Shown here in pieces: positions 1 through 10,929 of a DNA stretch of 64,000 nucleotides. The DNA is from Calditrichia bacterium (GTDB taxonomy: Bacteria; Calditrichota; Calditrichia; JAJRVZ01), in NCBI GenBank assembly GCA_963777955.1, contig CAVZSQ010000022.1, positions 641,020 to 705,019 of the forward strand, read 5' to 3'. The first letter of the stretch is position 1. Each line of letters starts with the position of its first letter. Made by a program: the position numbers and the translations under genes. The notes beneath the pieces are model-generated. The model made no database searches. It had not been told where the DNA came from and was given only the letters and a program-made list of their open reading frames with translations.

Positions 1-443
1 ATTGAGCATTTCGCTTTAAGGTTACAAGTTGCCTGGTGTTATGGATTACCTCTTCAAAAATAGTTTTGTCAACTCCCGTCAATCGCTGAAAGTCTTCCTG
101 GTTATACCCTTTTATACTGATTGAGATCGAATCCAGGCCACTGTTCAGCAAAAGTCTCATTTTATTTTCATTAAAAAGTCCATTGGACAGAGAAGTAACT
201 CTGGTATGTCGTACAGTTTTGGCATAGTTTACCATTTTAAAAAAGTCCGCATTTAATAATGGTTCACCCGAGCCAACCAGAGATATATTTACAGCTTCTT
301 TATAATAATCGACAATATTTTTAAACACTTCGAAAGACATATCTGGCAAGGATTTATGTCTCCCGTAAAAGGTGCTCAGGGTATCCGATTGACCCTGACA
401 CATTTGACACTTAAAAGGGCAAAGATCGGTGATCGCCATAAAC
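1..443 (-). CDS. radical SAM domain protein (partial; runs off the window start)
   Basis: Minus-strand reading frame with ATG at 441-443. It translates MAITDLCPFKCQMCQG..., which carries the CxxxCxxC iron-sulfur cluster motif of radical SAM enzymes. It is absent from the ORF track because the window edge truncates it. Confidence 0.55.
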
Positions 444-625
444 AGATACAATGGCTTATATTTTAAAACTTCTCGTTTAGGACTTACAAAATATTGCAGC
501 AGATTCTTATATTGGTTTATTTGGGGTTGTGTCTTAAAAAATTTGAGTATAGTAATGAGACGGGTATTATCATGCATCATTCGACGGATCCATATCCATT
601 TATGGTATTGTTTGGTATCTGAATA

Positions 626-1768
626 TCAGGTAAAAGAACTATAAATCTGTTGTATTTTTTTTTCTTCGTTTTCCCAGTTATAGAATGATTGAACTTTTAC
701 TACTTTTTCAGAATATTTTAAACTAGTATTTTTATCGACACTTTCAATTACTTCCTGGATACATTCAACAGTCAAATCATCAATCACTATTCCAATCCCA
801 TGTGTTCTTACCAGACGACTAATTTCCGGCATATTGGAAGAGATAATTGGAAGACCGGCAGAAATATAGTCAAATATTTTTGTCGGTAGGGAATAATAAT
901 AACTTAGACAGGTATTTTCAATCGAGAGTCTAACCCAAAATGTGCTTTAGAGATATAACTGGAAATATTATTATCTGACACGGCTGGATGAAAAAAAATG
1001 TTTTTGAAATATTTGGCAGCCTCTTTGATTTTGTGCTGGTAGTCACCAAAGCCAATAAAGAGAATAATTCGGTTTAATGAATTTATTCGTTTGAAAGACT
1101 TCTAACAATAAATCAATACCCCTTCCTGCTGATAGTGATCCCACATAAACAAAAATGGTAGAATTGGATGGTAAATGAAACCGATTGTGGATAGAATTCC
1201 AGTCTCCGGTTTGTTTTTGAGTACAGACCGTATTCAGTACCGTAGTCACCCTGATACCATAGGTATCTTCATACCATTTAGCTATTCCTGAACTCACCAC
1301 GATAACCTGATCGGCAAATGGGATGACCATTCTTTCGAAACATTTTGCAAGAATCTGACGATATCCCTTCCAGCCGAGTTTTTCAGTTTCGAGTTCGTGT
1401 ATATTGTAAATTAGTCCTGCCTTTTTAATGAACTTTAATATAATACCAACCGGTAGGGTTGAGAGTGTATGAATATTAATTATCCTGATATTCTTGAAAA
1501 GACAGGAAAATAGAACCTGCAAATTAAATTCGATTGCCTTAAATATTTTCAACAATGTAATAGAGGTAGGTAAACCGGAAAATAATCTGATTCTTTTTAT
1601 ACGAATATTATTAGAAATATATTCGATAGGTGCTTGTAGTTTTTCGTATGTACCTATGATTAAGATTTCATAATTGTTAATTTTCGATACGGTTTGGACG
1701 AATTTTTTGATTCTGCTCGCATGAATGATGGGATTAGGATAAACATGAATGTCGTAGAGTAATGGCAT
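626..1768 (-). pseudogene. GT4-family glycosyltransferase interrupted by frameshift(s) between about 833 and 1042
   Basis: ORF 1043-1768 encodes a GT4 N-terminal Rossmann half. ORF 626-832 encodes the matching C-terminal motif (...NMPEISRLVRTHGIGIVIDD), in another frame and separated by stops. Confidence 0.55.
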
Positions 1769-1864
1769 AATATTACAGGTAACTCAAATCCGGTTATGAT
1801 ATTTTATTGATCGGATAATTTAGCATAAATAGATTATTTTTAAATTTAAACGTCTGTAATAACT

Positions 1865-2773
1865 TTATTCGGATTTTATGACCAGGGCTTCTAGTTGAAT
1901 TTGCTTTATTAATATAACCGAGATTAAACCCAATGGATACAACAATAATTCTTTTATATACGCTCTAGAAAAAAAAGGGTGCATCCGAAAATATTGATGT
2001 TTCCCACCAAAAGTTCTTAAATGCATTAATTCCAGACCAACCAGCTTAAACGCTGATCCAAGTGATTTTTTGTTAAATCCCTGAATATGATAAGGACTGA
2101 CAAACGGTTTAATGCGTCCATACAACTTTGTCTTAAAAGCAATTTTATAAGCGATCTTGAGAAAATCGTTCTGCAGGCAATCTTCATTCGGTACCACTAG
2201 AAATAGTGTACCTTTTGGTTTTAAAATTCGTTTCAGTTCCACTAAGGTTTCTTTAGGATTTACCACATGTTCTAAAACCGAATCCATATAGATGGCTTCA
2301 AAGTAATTATCCGGATAGTTTGCCTCAAAGAGATTGCCATGAAAGAATTTAACGATATCTTTTTTTAATTCAGGCAGAAGATTATCCGCAACATCCAGAC
2401 CAAAACTATTCCAGCCACGGCGTAAAGCCTCATTAAGAACATATCCTTGTCCACAGCCGAAATCCAGAAAATTTTTAATTGGTACGACGGTCAGACGCTC
2501 GATTAAATTCAGCCTGGTAATCCTTTCCCGTTCATGCAAATTTTGCATCCATTCGGATTCGCGTCCTGAAAAATATTCGGAATTGTACAATGATTTCCAC
2601 TCTATTTCGGTAAGATCAATCTCCGGTTCGATATAATAGAAATTACATTTGCAGCATTGTACTATTTTATAATCTCTTAATTTAATTCGCGGGAAATCAT
2701 TATTTATTCTGGGGTTACCAATTATTTTATAATCTCGTGAAGAACACAATTTGCAACTCATGATGACACTCAT
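1865..2773 (-). CDS. class I SAM-dependent methyltransferase with an N-terminal Cys4 zinc ribbon
   Basis: N-terminus carries CKLC...CCKC. The LDFGCGQGY stretch is the glycine-rich SAM-binding motif I. The gene sits inside the glycan locus. Confidence 0.7.
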   Translation of the reverse strand: MSVIMSCKLCSSRDYKIIGNPRINNDFPRIKLRDYKIVQCCKCNFYYIEPEIDLTEIEWKSLYNSEYFSGRESEWMQNLHERERITRLNLIERLTVVPIKNFLDFGCGQGYVLNEALRRGWNSFGLDVADNLLPELKKDIVKFFHGNLFEANYPDNYFEAIYMDSVLEHVVNPKETLVELKRILKPKGTLFLVVPNEDCLQNDFLKIAYKIAFKTKLYGRIKPFVSPYHIQGFNKKSLGSAFKLVGLELMHLRTFGGKHQYFRMHPFFSRAYIKELLLYPLGLISVILIKQIQLEALVIKSE

Positions 2774-2922
2774 TCCACTGATAAAGGTTCAAAAGCGGTT
2801 ACTTTAATATGTCGAATGTGCCCTACTATATATTTTTCTTTGATTGTGTTAAGATATAATTTATAATAAATTTATGCAATTTTAAATTAAAGAATATGGA
2901 GTAGCTCGACTTTAAATCTGAT

Positions 2923-3981
2923 ATGGTTATATCTATCTTAATTCCCTGTCGCAATGAAGAAAGGCACATAGAAAAGTGCATCCAGAGTGTGCAGTCTTTC
3001 AATCTTCCCACTGATGTCAGCAGCGAAATATTTTTCATTGATGGCCATTCTAGTGACAAGACCCGTGCTATAATTCTCGAATATTGTAAAAAAGATCTGC
3101 GGATACATTTATTGGATAATCCGGGTAAAATTCAAGCGACTGCGCTAAATATTAGTGCCAAGCAGGCTCATGGAGAATTTATCCTAAGATTAGATGCTCA
3201 TTCACAATATCCACCTGATTATTTAATGAATATATTTGAAACCTATTATAGAATTAAAGCAGAAAACGTGGGAGGTATATTATTAACCCAACCTGGTAAT
3301 AAAAGTTATTCGGCAGCTGTGGTCCAGGCGATTACAACCCATCCCTTCGGCGTAGGAAATGCCGGCTTCCGAACCGGAGCAGGCGAAGGACCTGCGGATA
3401 CTGTCCCGTATGGTTTTTATAAAAGAAAGTTATTTGAACAAATAGGTTTTTTTGATGAGCGTCTGGTTCGTGCCCAGGATTATGAATTCAACCGACGAAT
3501 AATTAAATCCGGTGGAAAGATCTGGCGGAATCCCGATATTCAGGTGTATTATTATAACCAGACCAGTTTTTTAAAATTTCTGAAAAAACAAATCAGATTT
3601 GAAGCGCCCTATAATGCCTATATGTGGTACCTGGCACCTTATACTTTTGCCTTTAGGCACATGATTACAGGAGTTTTTGCTCTGGGAGTCATCGGCGGCC
3701 TGGTTTTGTCTCCGCTATACGATTGGATCAAATGGACATTTTTAACGGTCATGATTCTATATTTTATTCTGGCCTTTTGCTCTTCCCTGCAGCAGGCACA
3801 CAGATATAAATATATTCTTCATGTGATTACCTTGCCACCCTGTTTCTTTTTATATCATTTTCTCCATGGGATCGGTGTTCTGTATGGTTTATTACGTTTA
3901 TTGACCAGAACTTCACCGGTTCAGCAGAAACGTGAGCCGTGGCCCGGTGCCGGCCGTTTCCGGGCCTGGCCGCTAAAATAA
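2923..3981 (+). CDS. GT2-family glycosyltransferase with a C-terminal membrane segment
   Basis: N-terminus ISILIPCRNEE...DGHSSD...RLDAHSQYPPDY is a GT-A fold signature. Several hydrophobic helices lie at the C-terminus. Confidence 0.75.
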   Translation: MVISILIPCRNEERHIEKCIQSVQSFNLPTDVSSEIFFIDGHSSDKTRAIILEYCKKDLRIHLLDNPGKIQATALNISAKQAHGEFILRLDAHSQYPPDYLMNIFETYYRIKAENVGGILLTQPGNKSYSAAVVQAITTHPFGVGNAGFRTGAGEGPADTVPYGFYKRKLFEQIGFFDERLVRAQDYEFNRRIIKSGGKIWRNPDIQVYYYNQTSFLKFLKKQIRFEAPYNAYMWYLAPYTFAFRHMITGVFALGVIGGLVLSPLYDWIKWTFLTVMILYFILAFCSSLQQAHRYKYILHVITLPPCFFLYHFLHGIGVLYGLLRLLTRTSPVQQKREPWPGAGRFRAWPLK

Positions 3982-4026
3982 ATAATCATGCCGCTTCATT
4001 GGTCAGATTAATACATATATGCTAAT

Positions 4027-4821
4027 TTGATGGACAAGAAAATAGTCGAACAAGGCCACTATGACCGCAAAGCCAGTCGAATGGCCAGTACCGAAGATAT
4101 CAATCCGGAACTATTAAAATCCTCAGCCGATAAAACTTTAAGACTGGCCCATGTTCATTTCGACCAAGCGGTCAATAAAGTTATGCAGGATAAAATATCC
4201 GGTACCATACTGGATTACGGTTGCGGCCCGGGTATCAGAACCTTAAAATTCATAAATGATCAATGGCAACTTACCGGCATCGATGTTTCCGATAAATCGC
4301 TGAAGATAGCCAGATCTATGGCTGAAAGAAACAATATCAAAGCAACGTATCTGAATATGGATTGTGAACAGACCAGTTTCTCTGACAATACGTTTGATCT
4401 GATCCTCGATTATGGTACTTTTTCCAGTCTCGATATGCAGAAAGCCTTGCCGGAGATAATCCGAATATTAAAAAATGACGGTACTTTAATTGCTATTGAG
4501 ACGTTAGGTCACAATCCTTTGTTTAATTTAAACCGGTATTTTAATGTAATTTTTCAAAAACGTACCAGATGGGCTGCTGAACACATCATGAAAATCCAGG
4601 ATTGGGAACAAATCCGTAAATATTTTAACGAATTTGATCTGCATTATTTTGGATTATTGACACCCTTTTGTGCTATTATGCTGAAAATCGCTCCGGAGAA
4701 AATAGTAAAAAAAATAATTTCTTTATTCGAAAGAATTGATGAATATTTGTTAAAATATAAGATATTTAAAAGATTCTCATTTAAAACAGTCGGTATTCTC
4801 AGTAAACCGATAAAAATTTAA
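4027..4821 (+). CDS. class I SAM-dependent methyltransferase
   Basis: LDYGCGPGIRT motif I, followed by an acidic motif II and a Methyltransf_11/12-like layout. Confidence 0.7.
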   Translation: MMDKKIVEQGHYDRKASRMASTEDINPELLKSSADKTLRLAHVHFDQAVNKVMQDKISGTILDYGCGPGIRTLKFINDQWQLTGIDVSDKSLKIARSMAERNNIKATYLNMDCEQTSFSDNTFDLILDYGTFSSLDMQKALPEIIRILKNDGTLIAIETLGHNPLFNLNRYFNVIFQKRTRWAAEHIMKIQDWEQIRKYFNEFDLHYFGLLTPFCAIMLKIAPEKIVKKIISLFERIDEYLLKYKIFKRFSFKTVGILSKPIKI

Positions 4822-4845
4822 TACTTTTGTAGAAAGTGCCAGTCA

Positions 4846-5430
4846 GTGAAACGACTAGCGGATATAATAATAAGTTCTATTGCTGTTATTTTATTATCTC
4901 CCATCTTAATTACTATTGCCATCTGTATTAAGATTCTTGATCCGGGTCCGGTTCTTTATAAAGCCCAACGTATCGGTCTGCATGGTGAAATATTCCGCAT
5001 GTTCAAGTTCCGGACTATGGTAGTCAACGCCGATAAGATCGGCGGATCCAGCACACCGGATAATGATCCGCGTATCACCGCTGTCGGCAGGTTTCTGCGG
5101 AAATTTAAACTGGATGAATTGCCGCAGTTATTCAATGTACTCTGCGGCGAAATGAGCATAGTAGGCCCCAGACCAGAAGTTAAAGAGTATGTAGATATGT
5201 ACAGCCAGGAAGAGAAGATAATTTTAAGTGTACGGCCCGGTATAACCGACTGGGCCTCCATCTGGAATCCGGATGAAGGCAAAATTTTACAGGGCAGCAA
5301 CGATCCGGATAAGACTTATCTGGAAATAATCCGGCCGGAAAAAATCAGGTTGCAGATGAAATATGTGCGGGAAAGATCATTCTGGGCCGACCTTAAAATC
5401 ATCTGGGCAACTTTAAAAATAATGTTTTGA
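4846..5430 (+). CDS. small PglC/WbaP-C-terminal-type phosphoglycosyl (bacterial sugar) transferase
   Basis: One N-terminal TM helix, then the conserved KFRTM...DELPQL...SIVGPRPE catalytic motifs of polyprenyl-phosphate sugar-1-phosphate transferases. Confidence 0.8.
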   Translation: MKRLADIIISSIAVILLSPILITIAICIKILDPGPVLYKAQRIGLHGEIFRMFKFRTMVVNADKIGGSSTPDNDPRITAVGRFLRKFKLDELPQLFNVLCGEMSIVGPRPEVKEYVDMYSQEEKIILSVRPGITDWASIWNPDEGKILQGSNDPDKTYLEIIRPEKIRLQMKYVRERSFWADLKIIWATLKIMF

Positions 5431-5471
5431 CGAATATATTTTAATATACCACAGAATTCGAAAGGTTTTCG

Positions 5472-6452
5472 GTGAAATATTCAAAAGAGTTCCTGAAAAA
5501 GTTATATTTGACGATGCTGCGTATCAGAATTTGCGAGGAAAGTTTTATTGATCCGATTCTGACCAAAGAAATACACTGTCCGGTCCATCTCTACTCGGGC
5601 GAAGAAGCTATTGCGACCGGCATCAGTGCCGCGTTGAAAAAGACGGACTATATCTTTGGGGGACATCGTTCCCATGGACATTACCTGGCCAAGGGCGGGA
5701 ACATGAATGAACTGGTCGCGGAAGTGTTCTGCAAGGAAGGGGGCTGTTCGCACGGCCGGGGGGGATCAATGCATCTGATCGATCCGGACAACGGATTATT
5801 AGGCTCGGCGCCAATTGTTGCCGGCACCATAGCGCTGGCAGTGGGGGCGGCCCTGGCCAGCCGGATCAGAAAAGATAAAAGGGTGGTGGTCAGTTATTTC
5901 GGTGACGGAGCTACAGGAGAGGGTGTGTTATATGAATCGCTGAACTTTGCCGCCCTGAAAAACCTGCCGATCATTTTTGCCTGTGAGAACAATTTGTATT
6001 CCACGCATCTGCCGATTCACGAAATACGGGTTGATAAAAAAATTTCGGATGTTGCCAAACCTTTTGGAATTGTAAGTTATACCATCGATGGCAATGATGT
6101 CCTGGCCATATATGAGCTTGCCAAAAAGTCGGTTGATCTGTGCAGGCGATCGAAGGGCCCTGTTTTTATTGAATTTTTAACTTATCGCCAGAGAGGACAT
6201 GTGGGACCTGATGACAATATACAGGGATCACATACCGATATCCGCCCGAAAAAGGAAATTGAAAAATGGCTGAAAAAGGATCCGCTAAAAAGATTTGAAC
6301 GTTATTTAATCCGAAACCGTGTCCTTACTGTTCCAGAAACTAAACTAATAAAGGCAGAAATTGAAAATGAAGTTCAGCAGGCTCACCAATTTGCCCGGCA
6401 GAGTCCTTACCCTAAACCTGAAGAGTTAAATCATTATGTCTACGCGAAATAG
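5472..6452 (+). CDS. thiamine-diphosphate-dependent dehydrogenase E1 component, alpha subunit (PdhA/AcoA-like)
   Basis: GTG start. HGHY...YFGDGATGEG...ACENNLY matches E1-alpha TPP-binding signatures. It is translationally coupled to the beta subunit. Confidence 0.8.
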   Translation: MKYSKEFLKKLYLTMLRIRICEESFIDPILTKEIHCPVHLYSGEEAIATGISAALKKTDYIFGGHRSHGHYLAKGGNMNELVAEVFCKEGGCSHGRGGSMHLIDPDNGLLGSAPIVAGTIALAVGAALASRIRKDKRVVVSYFGDGATGEGVLYESLNFAALKNLPIIFACENNLYSTHLPIHEIRVDKKISDVAKPFGIVSYTIDGNDVLAIYELAKKSVDLCRRSKGPVFIEFLTYRQRGHVGPDDNIQGSHTDIRPKKEIEKWLKKDPLKRFERYLIRNRVLTVPETKLIKAEIENEVQQAHQFARQSPYPKPEELNHYVYAK

Positions 6453-7425
6453 AAGTTTAAAATACAGTCTGGCCATCAATGAAGCCTTATATCAGATGAT
6501 GAAAAAGGATCGTTCTGTTTTTGTCATCGGGCAGGGGGTTAAAAGTCCATGGTATGTCGGGAATACCTGCATGGATTTGCTGGAAAAATTCGGCAGCGAC
6601 CGGGTGATCGATACTCCGGTTTCGGAGAATGCCATGACCGGCGCTGCAGTCGGCGCGGCAATCAGCGGTATGAAACCGATTGTCATTCATCCGCGGATGG
6701 ATTTTATGCTGTATGCCTTCGATCCTATCATTAATCAGGCGGCCAACTGGTCGTACATGAATGGCGGGAAAGTAAATGTGCCGGTAGTGATCTGGGGAAT
6801 TATCAATCGCGGTGGCGAGCAGGCAGCGCAGCATTCGCAAGCCCTGCATGCCTTATTTGCCCATATCCCTGGTTTAAAAGTGGTCATGCCTTCCACACCT
6901 TATGATGCTAAAGGTTTGATGGTTGCTGCGATTAATGATAAAAATCCGGTGGTATTTATTGATGATCGCTGGTTGTACAACATCGGATCAGATGTCCCTT
7001 CAGACTTATATGAAATAGAGATCGGCAAAGGGGTAGTCAGAAGAACAGGTTCAGATGTAACCCTGGTATCGGCTTCTTATATGATGTTAGAATCAATCAA
7101 GGCAGCTGAGGAATTATCCAGGGAAAATATTGATGTTGAGGTTATCGATCTGAGGAGCATTAAGCCTTTTGATCGCGGTCTCATCTTAGAATCTGTGAAA
7201 AAAACGGGTAAATTGGTAGTGGTCGATTGCGGATGGAAATCGTTTGGGATAGGAGCGGAAATCGCTGCGTCAGTGATGGAAGAAGGATATACTTATCTGA
7301 AAAAGCCGGTTAAAAGGATCGCACTTCCGGATATCCCGGCGCCGGCTAGCAGGTCATTGGAAAAGGTTTATTTCAATACCAGCAGTGATATAATCAGGGT
7401 AGTAAAAGAATTAATGCAATTGTAA
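6436..7425 (+). CDS. thiamine-diphosphate-dependent dehydrogenase E1 component, beta subunit (transketolase-like)
   Basis: E1-beta/transketolase pyrimidine-binding and C-terminal domains (...IGQGV...PVSENAMTGAAVGAA...). It overlaps the alpha gene by 17 nt. Confidence 0.8.
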   Translation: MSTRNRSLKYSLAINEALYQMMKKDRSVFVIGQGVKSPWYVGNTCMDLLEKFGSDRVIDTPVSENAMTGAAVGAAISGMKPIVIHPRMDFMLYAFDPIINQAANWSYMNGGKVNVPVVIWGIINRGGEQAAQHSQALHALFAHIPGLKVVMPSTPYDAKGLMVAAINDKNPVVFIDDRWLYNIGSDVPSDLYEIEIGKGVVRRTGSDVTLVSASYMMLESIKAAEELSRENIDVEVIDLRSIKPFDRGLILESVKKTGKLVVVDCGWKSFGIGAEIAASVMEEGYTYLKKPVKRIALPDIPAPASRSLEKVYFNTSSDIIRVVKELMQL

Positions 7426-7442
7426 TCTACGGAGTACCAGGT

Positions 7443-8561
7443 ATGACCAGGATGAAAGTACCCTTTGTTGCACCTTCACGTGTGTACCAATTATTGAAGA
7501 ATGAACTCGATGCAGCTTATTTCGACGTAATGACCAAAGGTGCATTGATCGACCGTGATCATTTGAAAAGTTTTGAAAACAATCTGGCAAAATACGTTGG
7601 TACCAAGTATGCCGTAGGCTTGAACAGCGGTTATGATGCCTTGCATATTTCTCTGCAGGCTGCGGGTGTAGGTCCCGGTGATGAGGTCATAGTTCCTGCG
7701 CACACATTTGTAGCCACCTGTTCGGGTGTAGTAAACGTTGGTGCAACACCAGTTTTAGTTGATGTGACTAAAGATTTTAATATTGACGTAAACCTGATCG
7801 AACCGGTTATCACCAAAAAGACAAAAGGAATAATCCCGGTACATTTGAGTGGCTACATGGCCGATATGCCCCGGATCATGGAAATTACTAAAAAGTATAA
7901 TCTGATAGTTATCGAAGATGCCTGTCAGAGTTTAGGTTCAAATATAAATGGTAAAGCAGCCGGTTCGTGGGGCTTAACCGGATGCTGGAGTTTTTATCCA
8001 TTTAAAATTTTAGGTGGGTATGGTGATGGCGGCGCTATTACAACCAACGATCCTGATGTTGCTTTGTTCGCCCGGCGAATGAGATATAATGGAGAAGACC
8101 GTGATACAGGTGAGTACCATGGTCATGGTTTTACCTGTTTGTTGGATAATCTCCAGGCGGCCTTTCTTGATGTAAAATTGAAATATTTACCAGAATGGAT
8201 AAAAAAAAGGAAAAAAATTGCCAACAGGTATAAAGAAGAGTTAGGTGACATACGGAATTTATTGCTTCCTCATTATAGTAAACCGGGATTCGATCACGTC
8301 TATCAAAACTATACACTTAGGTCCAAACAGGGTAATGAGTTTTCAGAATATATGAAAAAAAATGGTGTAGAGGTATTAACGCAATTCCGCAAACCTTATT
8401 ACCGGCATGAGGCGCTTAAACTAACTGATCGTGGCTTTCCAGAAACTGAAGCGTTAAGCCGGGAAGTATGCTCCCTGCCGATGAATATTGAAATCACGGA
8501 TGAGGAGGTTGATTATGTGATCAAAGTGGTACGCTCATTTTACGGATTGTCAAAATTATAA
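7443..8561 (+). CDS. DegT/DnrJ/EryC1/StrS-family PLP-dependent sugar aminotransferase
   Basis: Family-typical length and motifs (GTKYAVGLNSGYDALHISL..., internal lysine region), in glycan-locus context. Confidence 0.8.
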   Translation: MTRMKVPFVAPSRVYQLLKNELDAAYFDVMTKGALIDRDHLKSFENNLAKYVGTKYAVGLNSGYDALHISLQAAGVGPGDEVIVPAHTFVATCSGVVNVGATPVLVDVTKDFNIDVNLIEPVITKKTKGIIPVHLSGYMADMPRIMEITKKYNLIVIEDACQSLGSNINGKAAGSWGLTGCWSFYPFKILGGYGDGGAITTNDPDVALFARRMRYNGEDRDTGEYHGHGFTCLLDNLQAAFLDVKLKYLPEWIKKRKKIANRYKEELGDIRNLLLPHYSKPGFDHVYQNYTLRSKQGNEFSEYMKKNGVEVLTQFRKPYYRHEALKLTDRGFPETEALSREVCSLPMNIEITDEEVDYVIKVVRSFYGLSKL

Positions 8562-8575
8562 ACCGGGATGAACAA

Positions 8576-9757
8576 ATGAAAGAACTCTCACACATTACGG
8601 AAAAATTCACGGAATCGGTAATCAGGGAAATGACCAGGATCTGCGATGCCGCCGGGGGATTGAATCTTTCCCAGGGCTTCCCCGATTTTGAGAGTCCGGA
8701 GAAAATAAAGAAAGCTGCTATTCAGGCGATCAATGAGGAGTACAATCAATATCCTGTGACCTTCGGGGAGGAAATACTTAGAAAGGCTATCAGTGAAAAA
8801 GCTCAGAGATATAACCGGATAAAATGCAATCCTGAAACCGATATAACAGTGACCTGCGGCGCTACGGAGGCAATGATTGCGACACTCAAAGCTATCATTA
8901 ATCCGGGGGACGAGATCATCATCTTTGAACCATTTTACGAGAATTACGGTCCTGACGGTATCCTGTCCGGTGCAAAGCCGAAATACGTGACGCTTCACAC
9001 ACCTGATTGGCATTTTGACTTTGACGAATTGCGTAAAGCATTTAATAAAAAAACCAAAGCGATTATCATTAATACACCTAATAATCCAACCGGCAAGGTT
9101 TTTTCAGCGCTTGAACTCAGATATATCGCCGGATTATGCCGGCAGTGGGATGTTTACGCCATTACCGATGAGATTTATGAGCATATTCTTTACGATAATG
9201 AAAAGCATATTTCTATCGCTTCCCTGCCGGGCATGGAGGATCGAACCATTACTATCAACTCCATTTCTAAAACATATTCTGTAACCGGATGGAGGGTAGG
9301 CTGGGCTATCGCCGCGGAGAGAATTACGAAACGGATTAGGAAGGTGCATGATTTTCTAACCGTAGGTGCACCGACCCCTTTCCAGCATGCTGCTGCGGTT
9401 GCACTGCATTTTCCTGCCAGCTACTATTTACAATTACAAAAGAATTATCTGGAACGGCGTGATTTTTTATACAATGTATTGTGTGATGCGGGTTTTATTC
9501 CTTATTTACCGAAAGGTTCCTATTATATGATTACCAACGTCCAGAAGTTGATTCCCTTACTGAAGAGCAAGGACGATTTTGATTTCAGCAGAATATTATT
9601 GAAAGTTACAGGTGTGGCAACGGTTCCCGGATTTTCTTTTTATGCCAATCAGAAAAAAATCAGAAAGCAGGTACGTTTTGCTTTTTGCAAAAGATGGGTA
9701 ACTATCCAAAGCGTGAAAGAACGCATGCGGAAAATCAAAAATATGCAAGTGAAATAA
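8576..9757 (+). CDS. class I/II PLP-dependent aminotransferase (AAT-like fold type I)
   Basis: NLSQGFPDF N-terminal signature, the SISKTYSVTGWRVGW lysine region and about 390 aa. Confidence 0.7.
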   Translation: MKELSHITEKFTESVIREMTRICDAAGGLNLSQGFPDFESPEKIKKAAIQAINEEYNQYPVTFGEEILRKAISEKAQRYNRIKCNPETDITVTCGATEAMIATLKAIINPGDEIIIFEPFYENYGPDGILSGAKPKYVTLHTPDWHFDFDELRKAFNKKTKAIIINTPNNPTGKVFSALELRYIAGLCRQWDVYAITDEIYEHILYDNEKHISIASLPGMEDRTITINSISKTYSVTGWRVGWAIAAERITKRIRKVHDFLTVGAPTPFQHAAAVALHFPASYYLQLQKNYLERRDFLYNVLCDAGFIPYLPKGSYYMITNVQKLIPLLKSKDDFDFSRILLKVTGVATVPGFSFYANQKKIRKQVRFAFCKRWVTIQSVKERMRKIKNMQVK

Positions 9758-9807
9758 GGTTTAACTCAGTAAACATAATTATAAATCTCGCTATCAGAAA
9801 TAAGAAT

Positions 9808-10816
9808 ATGATAAATGTAGGTGTCATTGGTGTCGGTTACTGGGGTCCTAACCTGATCCGCAATTTTGTGGCTAATCCTGATACGGACATACAAATCTGC
9901 TGTGACCTGAACAGGGATCGGCTGAAATATATTTCCAGTCTGTATCCTGCCTTATCGACCACCGGTGACTTTAAGGAAGTCATCAAAGATAATGATCTTA
10001 ATCTGGTCGCCATCTGTACACCGGTCAATACGCATTTCGATATCGCCAAAGCAGCGTTGGAAAATGGAAAACATGTTTTGATCGAAAAACCGATGACGGC
10101 CACTTCAAAACAGGCGGAAGAGTTGATCCAGCTGGCCCAAAAACAAAGCAGGCGTATTTTCGTTGATCATACCTTTATCTATACCGGAGCCGTGAGAAAA
10201 ATTAAGGAATATATCCAAAACGGGGAACTGGGAGATCTGTTCTATTTTGATTCAGTACGAGTCAACCTGGGTATGTTTCAGCATGATGTGAATGTCCTGT
10301 GGGATCTGGCTCCTCATGATGTATCTATTATGAATTTTTTACTGGGGGAAAAGGCAGAAAGCGTGGTAGCCACCGGTTCGGTTCATCTGAATAATGAACT
10401 CGAAGACGTTGCTTATCTTACTATTTATTATCCCAATAATCTCATTGCCCACATTCATACCAGACTGGCTATCACCGGTGAAAATACGTCAGACTTTGAT
10501 TGCCGGCAGTAAAAAAATGATCATCTGGGATGATAATCAACCTAGTGAAAAAGTCAGGATGTATGATAAGGGAATCGATGTGATCCAAAATGCTGATCAG
10601 GTGTACAATATGTTAATACAGTATCGAACGGGTGATATGTATTCTCCACATCTGGATTCAACGGAAGCTCTGGTGGTGGAAGTTAATCATATCATTGAAT
10701 GCCTAAATCAAAATAAACCATCCCCGGCCGACGGCGAAACGGGACAGATGGTGGTGAGGATTCTTGAAGCTGCCCAGGGATCGATTAAGAACAGGGGTAA
10801 GGAAATCAGATTATAA
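9808..10816 (+). CDS. Gfo/Idh/MocA-family NAD(P)-dependent sugar oxidoreductase (WbpB-like), with an internal frameshift near 10440-10470
   Basis: N-terminus VGVIGVGYWGPNLIRNF is the Rossmann motif. The C-terminal half continues in another frame (ORF 10394-10816: ...SPVKIRQTLIAGSKKMIIWDD...). The two ORFs together reach the normal family length. Confidence 0.7.
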
Positions 10817-10929
10817 AATATGTGTCGATTGCTCCGGATGTTCAACTGGGAAAGAGTGTTAAAATTTTCGATTTTGTAAATTTATGATGAATGGAATTCA
10901 AAACGGCGCCATAACGCCAAATTGTATAA

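Noticed and set aside
429-644. ORF 429-644 (+) as a gene
   Set aside because: It overlaps the partial radical-SAM gene on the opposite strand and the GT4 C-terminal region. Its sequence is low-complexity with no motif, so it is likely spurious.
9685-9807. The upstream extension of the Gfo/Idh/MocA ORF to 9685
   Set aside because: That start would overlap the preceding aminotransferase by about 70 nt. The Rossmann motif begins immediately after M at 9808, which is the more plausible start.
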